Positions 49,850-60,780 are shown, numbered from the stretch's first letter. The stretch: DNA of 64,000 bases from an uncultured Chlamydiae bacterium (GCA_963754655.1 CAVWGN010000001.1:160001-224000), one strand, 5' to 3'. The notes: generated from the sequence alone by a model not told the origin. Made by a program: numbers and translations.

Positions 49850-52813
49850 GTGCAACAAAAAGAAATTGATCATATTCTATCTTCTGTTAAAGCGCCTCTC
49901 AATCACCCCCTTTTTTATCCACGGGTCTTTGCTTTGGCTGCTAGGCTGCGGCGCGAAGTGCGAGCAACGCAGGCAGATATTTTGTCAAATATTGTCACAG
50001 AAGAATATGAAGAATTATCACGCCGTTTAGACCGTTCGCAAATTCAAGAAAGTAGCTCTGTACGCAACGTTTTGCGTACCCGTCAGTTGGCTCAGTTATT
50101 AGTTAATGAAAAAGGAGACATTGATCTTTCAGCTTTACCCACTGTCTTGTCTTATTTCAAAGAGCATTTGTATTCTTTAGGACCTCAGCGTCAATATGAC
50201 GGTAAACGACAAGAACATATTTTAAAAGTTTTACAGATTCTCACAACGCAAAAAGATTTTGTTCGCGTACTCAAAAAATTTACAGGACCTTTGACAAATA
50301 GATGGGCAGAAGAGTTGATTCGCCATTCGTTACAACTCTCTTCAGGAACAATTATTACAGATACTCATATCAGACAAGCTGTACTCTCAGCCTGGCTTTG
50401 CTATATCAGACAAAATGTCGGGTCTTGTTTTGCGACAGCACCCGCTGAAATCATTCACGATGAGCAGCCAGAGCTCTTTTTGCAAGATTTAATGGATTTA
50501 ATTGCCACAGGAACACTTAAAAGAACTTTTGCAGGAGTCGAAAACTCTGTTCCATTGAGTGCTAGCTGGGGAAGCGGAGATCTTAAAAAGCCCTTATTGA
50601 TTCGAATTTCAACCAAAGGGATCTATCCTGAAATTTGGTATTCGCCTGGCTTAATTGCAGCTTTTGAAGCCATTGGATTTTTGAAGGCAGAAGATCGCCT
50701 CAAAAAAAAAGTGCAGCAAATTGAAGACTGGATTAAGCCTCTCATCCTGCAAAATCAATCTCATTCGCTGTGCGTACTCACCGTAGAAGAAATTCTTCGC
50801 ACACTTTTACTACAAACATTGGGAATTACAGAAAAACAAGTGAAGGAATACGAAAGCCGTCCTCGGGGAATCGTGCATACTCAATTGCTCATGCTTCCAG
50901 ATTCTGCAAAGAATTTAGGAGGAGTAGGAGAGCGCTGTGCAAATTTTTTACAGCTTTTTGAAATTGCTAAAAACACCTTTAAATCTTTGGCCGATAATGC
51001 CCTGTTAAAGGCTTGGGAATTTACTTTAGCCTCGTTTTCTGACATTAGATATGAATTTGCGCGTTGGAATTTTTATGCCAGTTTAGGATTGCAAACGAAC
51101 GAATCTGGTGGAATTGGACAATGCATCTATCAAATCATTCAACACAAACTCGATCTAGCAAATAGAAAAGCTCAAGAGATTCAATATGAATATGAAATGG
51201 TTTATACGCAAGTGAAAACTCTTGAAGCGCGCATGCGGCATACCTCAACGGAAAAAGAAATTCAATGGCTTAAAATGGAATACCAAAGTCGAATGAATGA
51301 GTTTTACTTTTTAGAGGAACAGCGCAATGAGGCGCAAACTCAAGCCTCTGCACTTGTCAATCTTTATGACACCTTATATCAGCTTTATGTCGATCTTTTT
51401 AAAGATTACTTTCAAGAAGTATATGATGCTGATATGCAAGAGGTTGCAACTGGGCCCTTTGACGATAGTCCTGCAGGTTTCCGTCTACTCTATAAACATG
51501 GTAGAAGCAATACTTCTCAATGGACGCGTATTCAAAATCAACATGATTTTGTTGATGCGTTAGCCTCATTTTTTGTGGCAACAGAGCCACAAATTGCCCA
51601 TGCCTTGAATGGAAAAGAAATAGAAAAAGATCTTTCAGATGTGGTAACAGGAATCATCAATCATGTAAAAACAAAAGAATTTTTAGAAAGTGCTTTGCAT
51701 CGGATGGCGATGGCGCATCAAGCCCCTTTGATTAAAGATCCTTTGGATCATTTAGAGCATATTGAAAAAAAGCCCTGGGTTTATACGTCTGGTGGCACAA
51801 TGAATACGTTGGTTAGCTGTTACTATCGCATTGAGGATAGGCCCAAAGAAGTAGAAAAATGGGTAGAAAATGAAATGGAATTGCTTGTTTATTTGGCTGA
51901 TACGCTTAAACAAATTCCCCCTCTTTTTCTTGATCCTTATTTAAAAGAAAAACGGCAGTCTATGCTCATGCAATCCCCTACTCATGCTTTCTTACTCAAA
52001 CCAGCAGCTTCTCCTTTTAAAGAAACCTGGTTGAATGATGAATTTACTTATACCTTCATTCGCGATCGTTTTGTGCGCCCTTCTGAGATTTTTGTAGAGC
52101 AATTGTTGCTTAATGACGAAATGCTGCGCTATTTAATTCAACAAATAAGTGAAAAAGTTCCTGAAAATTTTCAACCACGATTTAAAGCAGTTTTCGGACA
52201 TATCAGAGGTCCTTTAAATCCGATTTTTTTCCGCGAATACCTTATCGAGAGGCTAGAAAATGACCGTGGCTTGCGCTATGGCTCTCGTCCAATCTTGGCA
52301 ATTGAAGAAATTGATGGTTTGCTCTACTCTCTTCTTCCTCTTTTTTCGATCCACGAATTACAAGATCGATTGCAAAAAATTTTGATCTTTCTACCGGGTT
52401 TAACTGTAGAAAAAGTGAATCACATCTTGCAGCTGCTTAATCAAGTTTCTTTATCAAGAGGAGAACAATCCATCATAGGAGCTCAACAACTTCAAGAGAT
52501 GTGCAAAGCTCTTTTATGCTTAAGCGAAGTGAGTACAACAACTTCTCATGATTATCACCTCCATATTAGCTTAGCAGCGCAAAAATTGGGATTTGCCATG
52601 CCAGCTCCTCTCATCTTTGCCGATACCAATTGGGTTAAAGATATGTTTGGTTTTGTTGTCAATCCAGGCACTGGCAAGCTTGAACTATGGCGTCTCGATT
52701 ATACAGGTTCTACGGGCTATCCCATGACCAGCTGGAAACAGTGGGTCGATGGCTCGCGTTCGGACCTCAGATGGGGGGTGTATGTCAAACCTTTTCAATA
52801 TGGACAAAGCTAA
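49850..52813 (+). CDS. Large conserved chlamydial protein (CT590-like)
   Basis: 987 aa; RQNVGSCFATAPA, KPWVYTSGG, SPTHAF, FADTNW blocks. Family assignment from memory. Confidence 0.65.
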   Translation: MQQKEIDHILSSVKAPLNHPLFYPRVFALAARLRREVRATQADILSNIVTEEYEELSRRLDRSQIQESSSVRNVLRTRQLAQLLVNEKGDIDLSALPTVLSYFKEHLYSLGPQRQYDGKRQEHILKVLQILTTQKDFVRVLKKFTGPLTNRWAEELIRHSLQLSSGTIITDTHIRQAVLSAWLCYIRQNVGSCFATAPAEIIHDEQPELFLQDLMDLIATGTLKRTFAGVENSVPLSASWGSGDLKKPLLIRISTKGIYPEIWYSPGLIAAFEAIGFLKAEDRLKKKVQQIEDWIKPLILQNQSHSLCVLTVEEILRTLLLQTLGITEKQVKEYESRPRGIVHTQLLMLPDSAKNLGGVGERCANFLQLFEIAKNTFKSLADNALLKAWEFTLASFSDIRYEFARWNFYASLGLQTNESGGIGQCIYQIIQHKLDLANRKAQEIQYEYEMVYTQVKTLEARMRHTSTEKEIQWLKMEYQSRMNEFYFLEEQRNEAQTQASALVNLYDTLYQLYVDLFKDYFQEVYDADMQEVATGPFDDSPAGFRLLYKHGRSNTSQWTRIQNQHDFVDALASFFVATEPQIAHALNGKEIEKDLSDVVTGIINHVKTKEFLESALHRMAMAHQAPLIKDPLDHLEHIEKKPWVYTSGGTMNTLVSCYYRIEDRPKEVEKWVENEMELLVYLADTLKQIPPLFLDPYLKEKRQSMLMQSPTHAFLLKPAASPFKETWLNDEFTYTFIRDRFVRPSEIFVEQLLLNDEMLRYLIQQISEKVPENFQPRFKAVFGHIRGPLNPIFFREYLIERLENDRGLRYGSRPILAIEEIDGLLYSLLPLFSIHELQDRLQKILIFLPGLTVEKVNHILQLLNQVSLSRGEQSIIGAQQLQEMCKALLCLSEVSTTTSHDYHLHISLAAQKLGFAMPAPLIFADTNWVKDMFGFVVNPGTGKLELWRLDYTGSTGYPMTSWKQWVDGSRSDLRWGVYVKPFQYGQS

Positions 52814-53080
52814 AGACGTTTTTAAATTTATTCACAAGAGTCTTTCCTATTAATGTATTTATAACAAATAGCTTAGTTTAATCAGTCGGTCTTCATTCTC
52901 TTTTTTATCGCCAAATTTATATTGACTTTAAGATTTGAAAAAAGTAAAACTCTAGCTATTTTGTGAATCATTTCAAAAAAAAAACGAATTCTTTTTCTTC
53001 TAATAGTTAACTTTATTCGTTTTTCATAGAAAATCACATGCACTTAAAGTACTTATCCGCAATAAATTACGGAGTCCACT

Positions 53081-54574
53081 ATGAAATTTGCAAAATATTT
53101 AATGCCATTTTTAGTAGTTGTTGGATTCACAACTAAAGCTGGTTACGCTCAAACTGTCGGACAAGAAACTGTTTTTGACCGTCAACTTAGGACGCGTGAT
53201 GATCAACCATTAAGAGAGTTCGTTGAATCTAAGGAAAACATCGATATCAAACAAAAATCTCAGAACTTGGAGATCAGTGGCGACGTTCGCTTTGAGTGGC
53301 GAACAATTCAGGAAAAGGGTGTTGTGATTTATATTGATACTCCCAGTGGTAGTTATGAAATGATAGATGCAAATGATGCGATGGATAACTCTTTTTACAA
53401 AGACTATAGAAATTTAAGAGGAGGAAGCCATGTCGATGCAGCTGGCATTCCCATTTCAACGAATGACTTTGACATCGAGTTCAACCTCAAAATTAAATAT
53501 ACCTTTAAAGATGCTTGGGCAAAAGCTCATTTGCAATTTGATAATCCAGCAGGAGTCAGAGGTCGCAATCCTTGTTTTGGCGCTTTTCCTGTTTTTAATA
53601 AAGAGGGTAGCGAGGTTGTTGAAACTGTTCCACGTGATAGCCGCTGGGCAATTAAAGGCAGTGGTGAAGGGATGTTTCTCACCTTAAAAAGAGCCTATAT
53701 AGGTTATAACATTTATGCTGATGGAAAGCATCGCTTGGATATTGAAATTGGTCGTCAAAAACTCGATGATATTTTCGATTCTGAAATTGAGTTTTCAAGC
53801 CGTTTTGATGGCGTTTTGTTAAAATATGCAACTACAGTAGAAGATGTTTTTGATTGGTATCTCACAGGAGGCGCTTTTGTGATTGACGAGCGTGCCAATC
53901 ATTTTGGTTATGTTGCGGAAATTGGATTCCTCGATATTTATGAGACAGGGATAGATTTGAGGTATAACTTTATTGACTGGAAGAAAAGAGGAAAAAACCG
54001 CTGCTTTATTTTTAATCCGCTGGGCGCAGAATTTCAAAACTCTCAGGTAACGCTTACATATACATTTGCACAAACATGGTGTGGGTATGAATTCCCCGTT
54101 GAATTGTATGGCGGTTTTTTGGTCAACCATGCTGCTAGAAAAACGGTCTTTACACATTGGAAGAAGAAAAATTTGGGCTGGTATGCGGGGATTTATATTG
54201 GCAATGTTGATAAGAAAGGCGATTGGTCTCTTGACCTTGAGTATGTGGTTGTACAAGCACAGGCAGTTTCTGAATATGATGTTGGAAGTATTGGACGCGG
54301 AAATATTTTGGATGAAAACTTATTAGACATTTTGGATGAAGAATTTCTTTATGCAAATTCCTCTTCTTCAAGCATTCCTTCTTCTCATATTATAGGTTAT
54401 TTTCCACGTCGTGGAAATACTAACTTTATTGGGTTTCGAACAGAATTTTTGTATGCAATTACCGATAATTTTTCTATTGATTTCATCTTCGAAATTTCAC
54501 GCGAAGAGGATAAACGCATTGGTGGACCTCACCACTATCGAGACTTTGAGATCGAAGCGGTTTATGCTTTCTAA
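53081..54574 (+). CDS. Outer-membrane beta-barrel/putative porin (CT623 76-kDa-homolog-like)
   Basis: Signal peptide; LEISGDVRFEW, RAYIGY, IEIGR, FDG; amphipathic strands; C-terminal ...EAVYAF. Confidence 0.8.
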   Translation: MKFAKYLMPFLVVVGFTTKAGYAQTVGQETVFDRQLRTRDDQPLREFVESKENIDIKQKSQNLEISGDVRFEWRTIQEKGVVIYIDTPSGSYEMIDANDAMDNSFYKDYRNLRGGSHVDAAGIPISTNDFDIEFNLKIKYTFKDAWAKAHLQFDNPAGVRGRNPCFGAFPVFNKEGSEVVETVPRDSRWAIKGSGEGMFLTLKRAYIGYNIYADGKHRLDIEIGRQKLDDIFDSEIEFSSRFDGVLLKYATTVEDVFDWYLTGGAFVIDERANHFGYVAEIGFLDIYETGIDLRYNFIDWKKRGKNRCFIFNPLGAEFQNSQVTLTYTFAQTWCGYEFPVELYGGFLVNHAARKTVFTHWKKKNLGWYAGIYIGNVDKKGDWSLDLEYVVVQAQAVSEYDVGSIGRGNILDENLLDILDEEFLYANSSSSSIPSSHIIGYFPRRGNTNFIGFRTEFLYAITDNFSIDFIFEISREEDKRIGGPHHYRDFEIEAVYAF

Positions 54575-54597
54575 ATTAGAGATTGGCTCGCTTTTAC

Positions 54598-54643
54598 CTC
54601 TCTGATTGAACGACGCAAATGAAGTCGCCATTCAATCAGAGAG
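54598..54643 (+). terminator. Stem-loop after the porin gene
   Basis: ctctctgattgaa...ttcaatcagagag. Confidence 0.5.
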
Positions 54644-54896
54644 TGTTCCTTAAAATGTTGGTAAAAATTCCAGATGTATGAAATAAATTGCATTCGGATT
54701 TTCAGTGCTTCTGTTATCAAATAAGTTATCGATTATGCTTTAGTATTTTTCTTTCACTCTCTTAACTCAATTTTAAATAGGTGTTATTAATTAATTATAA
54801 TTAAATTTATTTAAATATTTTTTAAAATATTAATAATAAATTAATAGTATGTTTACAACTTTATTTTATAATTTAATAAAATTAAAGGAGTAAATT

Positions 54897-56987
54897 GTGA
54901 ATAATTTATCTTTATCAGGATCGAATTCCGCATCCTATTCAAATTCTAGTTTTAGTAATAGTTCTTCCCTGCAATCCATTCATAATGCATTAGGGGAAGA
55001 GCAGAGTGAAAGAGAACCGCTTGAAATGTGTTGTTTAAATAGAAAAGATATGGTTTTATCATCAGAATATTTTTATTCAACAGTAAAAGCAATAAATAAA
55101 ACACCTGAAGTGAATAGTTCATTAAGACCTGAAAATTTTAAGGAATTAAAAAATAAATACCGAAATGAACAGTATAAAAAAATTCGTACTCAGAAAAAAG
55201 ATGCAATAATTAAGCTCAAAGAAAAAATAAAAGAGAGCAAGGGTGATCATCAGCATATCAAAAACTTGCTGATTGCTAGTGCTCGAAAAGGGATCCCTTT
55301 TAGCGAGCTTCCATTTTCAAAATTTAAAGACCATTACCCACAGTTATTTTCTATTCTAGAAACCGCTTACAACAAATCAATGCAACAAGCTTCATCATCT
55401 ATCTTTTTAAAAGATGTAAAAAATTTATGTTCGTTAGTTACTCTCGATAATTTTAGCCAAGAGGATCGGAAAACTATTAAAGAGCGGGAAAAAGATCACC
55501 TTAATTTTCTTGATAAGACCAAGGCATCCTTCACCCTAAAAGATTGGGATGATCAAAGAATCAAGTTCACATACGAGATTGCACGTATATGGGAAGGAAA
55601 CAATGAAGAAGGAAAGCCAAATTCAAAGCAGTTGTTTGAATTATGTGTAAAAGGATTTGAACCTAGTCGGGTCAAAATGCAGGCAATTCTTTTCTCTAAA
55701 ATAGATAAAAGAATAACTATGAAGATGAGTTTTTCCATAATATGTAGATTTATCTTTGAGAGAATACAGGCTTTGATAGAAAAAGAAAAAAATACGAACA
55801 ACGAAATTTTTGATCAAGCTTTAAAGGCAAGCTCAAATCTACTTAAGGCATATGCTGAAGATACCGATACCGATAAAGATATAGCAAATATTAGACTTCT
55901 TTTGAAAGAGCAAAAAAAACATAGTTTTGCTCGATTTGGTTATCTTGCTGAAAATTATGCAGATTTTATTCGACATGCAAAATTAATTGAAGAAGCAGTA
56001 GCAAAGATTGATTCTAGCCCTGATTCGAAGACTATTATACGCCAGGCTCTTTCCATACTTTTACAACATTCTCACTATGTTGATTTAACACAGAAAATAG
56101 AAGATGTGGAAAAGAAAATAAAGCGTTCTGAAAGTTGTTCCGATCAAGAATTGTTATTAAAGGAAAAATTATCAAAACTTCAACAACAACAAAAGGATTT
56201 AACGGTTAATCATAATCATCATGAAAAGCATCTAATGGGTTATGAAGCAGACAATTATTTTTCTGGGCCAGAAGAAAAAGCAACAGCTATTCATACAGTT
56301 AATACTATCATGCAATTATTTGAAACCCCGGATGAAATAAAAAATTTCCAACATGCTCATACATTTCCTTTTCCAGCTATGTTTAACTGGGATGAGGAGA
56401 GAATGAAACAAATTCTTAAGCATTTGAACATCAATTTAAGCGAAGATTTCGAGGCCCCAAAAAGATATATTTCTTCTAATTTTTTCAAAAAAATAAGAAA
56501 TGGCCAATCCTCTAAAATTTTAGATGAAGCTTTTATAAATGAATTAAATAAAATTAAACAAGAAGTAGGCTCTGATAAAGCCAAATTTATTTACTGTGCT
56601 CTTGATGTTTTAAAGCACTATCATCTTAGAGTTTTTTCAGAGACAGAGCTCTTTCCTGATGTCATTAACACATATAGTGATCACTTTTCTGAATGGTCGA
56701 TCGCCTTAGGAAAGAATCTAGAACCAAATTCTTATAAAAAAAATTTAGCTTTAGAATTGAGTAAATTATTAGAGCAAGATACAGTAACAAAAGCGATGGT
56801 AGCACAATGCTTATCGGAATATTATAAGCAGACTTTGAATAAAATACGTAAACAGGAAGAATATATTAAATTCAATGATGATTGTACAATTATAGAATTG
56901 TTCAAAAAAATTACAGCTTTTCAAGTTGAACAATCTGTTTTTTTAGCTCAAGTAACAACTGATATTGAAGTTAAGCCTAAAAATTGA
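54897..56987 (+). CDS. Hypothetical helical protein, effector-like
   Basis: Ser/Asn-rich N-terminus, RBS aaggag, very low GC. Confidence 0.65.
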   Translation: MNNLSLSGSNSASYSNSSFSNSSSLQSIHNALGEEQSEREPLEMCCLNRKDMVLSSEYFYSTVKAINKTPEVNSSLRPENFKELKNKYRNEQYKKIRTQKKDAIIKLKEKIKESKGDHQHIKNLLIASARKGIPFSELPFSKFKDHYPQLFSILETAYNKSMQQASSSIFLKDVKNLCSLVTLDNFSQEDRKTIKEREKDHLNFLDKTKASFTLKDWDDQRIKFTYEIARIWEGNNEEGKPNSKQLFELCVKGFEPSRVKMQAILFSKIDKRITMKMSFSIICRFIFERIQALIEKEKNTNNEIFDQALKASSNLLKAYAEDTDTDKDIANIRLLLKEQKKHSFARFGYLAENYADFIRHAKLIEEAVAKIDSSPDSKTIIRQALSILLQHSHYVDLTQKIEDVEKKIKRSESCSDQELLLKEKLSKLQQQQKDLTVNHNHHEKHLMGYEADNYFSGPEEKATAIHTVNTIMQLFETPDEIKNFQHAHTFPFPAMFNWDEERMKQILKHLNINLSEDFEAPKRYISSNFFKKIRNGQSSKILDEAFINELNKIKQEVGSDKAKFIYCALDVLKHYHLRVFSETELFPDVINTYSDHFSEWSIALGKNLEPNSYKKNLALELSKLLEQDTVTKAMVAQCLSEYYKQTLNKIRKQEEYIKFNDDCTIIELFKKITAFQVEQSVFLAQVTTDIEVKPKN

Positions 56988-57013
56988 AGATAACCAAAGC
57001 TAAAGTTTGAAAG

Positions 57014-57618
57014 AAGTAGGCTAATACAAATCTGGCAACTGAATCAGTTATGGTGTTTTTAATAAAAACATTTGACACTGGCAGCCTTACAGGCTGCATG
57101 ATACAACTTGCTCAACCCCAGTGCGTTGCCCCATACGGATCAAGCTAAGAGATGAGTTTATGCTAAGGGACGCATTCAGTCGCCGCGCCGCTTCGCTCTG
57201 GGCTCTGTGAGGGGTTGTGGACCCACCGTTCGGTCGCCCTCCGGGGCTCGGTCACAGTGGGCTAGAATCAGTCGTCCTACGGACTCTAGCGGCAATGTAG
57301 AACCCATTGAATGCTAGTCAATGGTGTTTTTGATAATGCCGCTAGAGTCCGTAGGACGACTGATTCTAGCCCACTGTGACCGAGCCCCGGAGGGCGACCG
57401 AACGGTGGGTCCACAACCCCTCATATAGAGCCCAGAGCGAAGCGGCGCGGCGACTGAATGCGTCCCTTAGCATAAACTCATCTCTTAGCTTGATCCGTAT
57501 GGGGCAACGCGCTGGGGTTAAGTAGGTTGTGTCATGCAGCCTGTAGGTCTGCCAGTGTCAAATATTTTTATTAAAAACACCATAACTGACTCAGTTGCCA
57601 GATTGTATTAGCCTACTT
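57014..57618. repeat. ~600-bp nested palindrome (~280-bp arms)
   Basis: The outer part belongs to the 48.6-kb family. Inner element 57132-57501 is bounded by catacggatcaagctaagag / ctcttagcttgatccgtatg. Confidence 0.92.
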
Positions 57619-57703
57619 TAGAATGTTATCAATTGTTTTTAATTACCAATTTTTATAATCTATAAGATTTGCAAATGATTAATTGAATAAAAGGAGAGAA
57701 GCT

Positions 57704-58606
57704 ATGAACGGAGTAGGAATAGAATCAGGAAATATAAATGATCTTGTGGGTGTGCAGTTGGGAGAGATGACCTCTTCTGTAGACAATGAAAAAAATACCA
57801 AAGTGACTGAGACAGACAAGCAAATTAGCACGATTTTTAAACTTTCCATTCCTTTTCATTCCCAAGAGACTATTGATATTAAAGAGCTTGATTTGTATTC
57901 GCGAGTTTCTTTCCAAGAAGTTATTCAAGAACAGGAAAGCCAAAATTTTCCTTATTTTTTAGCTCTTACCCGGGATAGCTCAGGAAAGATTGAGGCTTCA
58001 GATGGCACCTCTTTATTGCGCAATTATTTCAAATACGGTCGCCGAATTTCTCCTATTACTCAAAGACCCATTATTGAAGCACAAATTTATCAAATTGATC
58101 ATTTAAAAGACCAAATATTCAAATATCTTGGCAATTTATCAACAATTAAAGAAAATCAAGGGCACTGGTTAAAATTTATTAATGCTTGTGATCCAAATTT
58201 AAACCCACTTGATAGAGGTCAAGAACGCTATTATATGGGCTATGCTTTTGAAAAAGGAAAAAAAACAACATTGGGGAATTGGTGGGTTGAACCTGATTTA
58301 AAAAAGGCTTTCTTTTGGTATAACAAATCAAAAGAAGATCAATATTTTGGTGGTCCGCTTGCTTTAGCTGCTTGGTATGAATACGGGAATTCAGAAGTTA
58401 AAGCATCAAATGAGCAATTGTTTGAGAATTTTAAATTAGTTCTAGATTGGATTCCTGAAAATTATCATGCACTCCCTGCTATTTGCCAGTATATCCGCAA
58501 TTTCTATGAAAAAACAGGAAAAACCGTATCCACTGAAAATGAGCTAAAAAAATATCAATATTTGTTAGAAAAGATAAAGCACAAACAAAATTTAAACCTC
58601 AAGTGA
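57704..58606 (+). CDS. Sel1-like repeat protein (candidate effector)
   Basis: YYMGYAFEKG...DLKKAFFWYNKS..Q...LAAWYEYG; RBS aggag. Confidence 0.7.
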   Translation: MNGVGIESGNINDLVGVQLGEMTSSVDNEKNTKVTETDKQISTIFKLSIPFHSQETIDIKELDLYSRVSFQEVIQEQESQNFPYFLALTRDSSGKIEASDGTSLLRNYFKYGRRISPITQRPIIEAQIYQIDHLKDQIFKYLGNLSTIKENQGHWLKFINACDPNLNPLDRGQERYYMGYAFEKGKKTTLGNWWVEPDLKKAFFWYNKSKEDQYFGGPLALAAWYEYGNSEVKASNEQLFENFKLVLDWIPENYHALPAICQYIRNFYEKTGKTVSTENELKKYQYLLEKIKHKQNLNLK

Positions 58607-58744
58607 ATAAGATGAATGACATGTGCAACGGTTTCCGCCTCAAAAACCTATTTCTCTAGTAGTTTTTGGGTGTAGGGAGACAGTCTTAATGCATACAAAA
58701 ACTTATGTAAACAAATATTTGTTTCACAAAAGTGAAGATCTTTT

Positions 58745-60541
58745 TTAATCGTCGAAGCAAAGTTCATGTTCATGCCGCGTAGCTAACAAAGATTGATGGC
58801 CGCTATACACAACATTGCCAAAAGTCACCGAAGCGGGCACGCGGAATTTTTTGAGAAGGCGTTTAAAGAGGTGAATCCGGGGATGTTTGATTCCCTTTTC
58901 AATACGGACAGGAATGATGGGATAGTTAGCAGCTTCCGGAATTTGATTAAAGGGAGCTGCTTGGTGCAGCTTTTCCACTTCTGTGTAAATATCCCAGCTT
59001 TGAATGAAAATGCAAACTGAAATGCCTTTTTTTAAAGTTTTCTGAATGGCTTCTAAACATTCTTGATTTTTGACAAGGGGTTCAATGTCTGGAATAAATA
59101 CAACCCGAAGTAATCGATAAAGGCGCATCATCCAGGGTGAATGCTTTTGTTCATTTTCAATAAAAAAGCGCATGCGACGCCTTTGCGAACCGAGCAATAG
59201 AAGCGTATCATTCCAAGCAGTATGCGTACAGACATAAAGAGCTGCACAATCTGGAATCTTTTCTTGGCCTGTAAAAACTGTTCTAAAATGTAACTTCGAT
59301 AAGATCGCTGCAATAAAGCGGGTCAAATAATTAAAAAATTGAAAGATAAAGGCAATCATGACTAACAAGGTGAAGAGTCCTATGAGACTAAATCCTTGAT
59401 CGGATTGAATGCCAAACACTTCTTTATTGAGATAGACCAAAGCAGAAGCAAACAAAACGCCTACAAAGCTCATAAAATTGGTGGCGGCTACCATCTGACC
59501 TCGCGATGTTCTTGGGCTGGCAACCTGAATATAGGAATCCAAGGGAATTTCAAAAATTCCGCCAAAAATTCCAAGAGTCGTCACTAAAGGAATCACGAAG
59601 AATAGATGCGTCGAAAAAGCATCGAGCATAAAGGCACTGATAGAAATTCCTAACGCACCGAAAGGCACAAGGCCTAGCTCAACGATTCTTCCTGAAATTT
59701 TACCTGCAATGAGAGAGCCTGTTCCAATTCCCAAAGCAGTTAAGAAGAAAAGATAGCCTCCTTGGACGTCGGATAAATGGAGAGATTGAACGGCAAAAGG
59801 AATAATGTTGAGTTGTGTAAACGCTCCAACGAACAGAAAATAGGCCGATCCACACATGGCAGGTAAGAGTGACACCTCTTGCCGAGCAAGCTTTAAAGTT
59901 TGATAAATCTCTCTTAGAAAGAAAAACTGAAATTTTTTTTCAGATCCAGAAGGCGGTGTCGGCTCAATGCCAAAACTCGTTACCAACCCTACTATAGCAA
60001 TGAACGTACAAAAAATTGACGAAATAATAAAATTACGTCCAGTAATTTGCGTCAAAAACGACGCCAAAAAAGTTCCTAAAATAATGGCTAAGAAGGTAAA
60101 TGACGTCATCAGGCCATTCGCTCTAGAAATTTTTTCAGTGGAAACAAGTTCAGGCACAATGCCATATTTCGAGGGACCAAAAATCGCGCTTTGCGTGGCA
60201 AGCATAAATAAGATAGCGTACGATCCCCATTTGCTTTGAAAAGCAAAAGCGCATACGGCAAGGCCCATGATCACGAGTTCTAAAATTTTAGTGGTCACGA
60301 TGATATCTCGCTTGCTAAAACGATCGGCTAATGTTCCGGAGATAGCGGAAAATAATAGAAAGGGAATGACAAACGTCGCACCTGTAGCAAATAAAATTTG
60401 ATGGCTGTATTCAATTCCTTCCAATTGAATAAAAAAGTAAACAATGAGAAGTTTATAAACATTATCATTCAAAGCCCCTAAAAATTGGGTCACATTCAAA
60501 TAGGTAAAGGAAGAGAAGCGATTTAAGAAAGTGTAAGACAT
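58745..60541 (-). CDS. MFS transporter (LplT/Aas-type) fused to a degenerate acyltransferase-like domain
   Basis: TQFLGALNDN.YK, G.LADRFSK, FGPSKYGI.PE; C-terminal PlsC-like HTAWND. Confidence 0.85.
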   Translation of the reverse strand: MSYTFLNRFSSFTYLNVTQFLGALNDNVYKLLIVYFFIQLEGIEYSHQILFATGATFVIPFLLFSAISGTLADRFSKRDIIVTTKILELVIMGLAVCAFAFQSKWGSYAILFMLATQSAIFGPSKYGIVPELVSTEKISRANGLMTSFTFLAIILGTFLASFLTQITGRNFIISSIFCTFIAIVGLVTSFGIEPTPPSGSEKKFQFFFLREIYQTLKLARQEVSLLPAMCGSAYFLFVGAFTQLNIIPFAVQSLHLSDVQGGYLFFLTALGIGTGSLIAGKISGRIVELGLVPFGALGISISAFMLDAFSTHLFFVIPLVTTLGIFGGIFEIPLDSYIQVASPRTSRGQMVAATNFMSFVGVLFASALVYLNKEVFGIQSDQGFSLIGLFTLLVMIAFIFQFFNYLTRFIAAILSKLHFRTVFTGQEKIPDCAALYVCTHTAWNDTLLLLGSQRRRMRFFIENEQKHSPWMMRLYRLLRVVFIPDIEPLVKNQECLEAIQKTLKKGISVCIFIQSWDIYTEVEKLHQAAPFNQIPEAANYPIIPVRIEKGIKHPRIHLFKRLLKKFRVPASVTFGNVVYSGHQSLLATRHEHELCFDD

Positions 60542-60780
60542 ACAATCACTTATAAGAAATGGGTGATGTTAATTGATAATTGATAAATGTTGTGCACGGG
60601 TCATGTTCTAGAATCTCAATAAGTTCGTAAATTTAAAGTATGAGGGGTCGGCTCTTTAGCTACAAGAGAATTTTATCAAATAACCGCTTATCTGGGTATT
60701 TAATTAGAATTATCAATTTTGAATAATTTTGATTTATCAAGTCCTAATTATTTAATATAATCCTTGCTAAACTAATAAAA

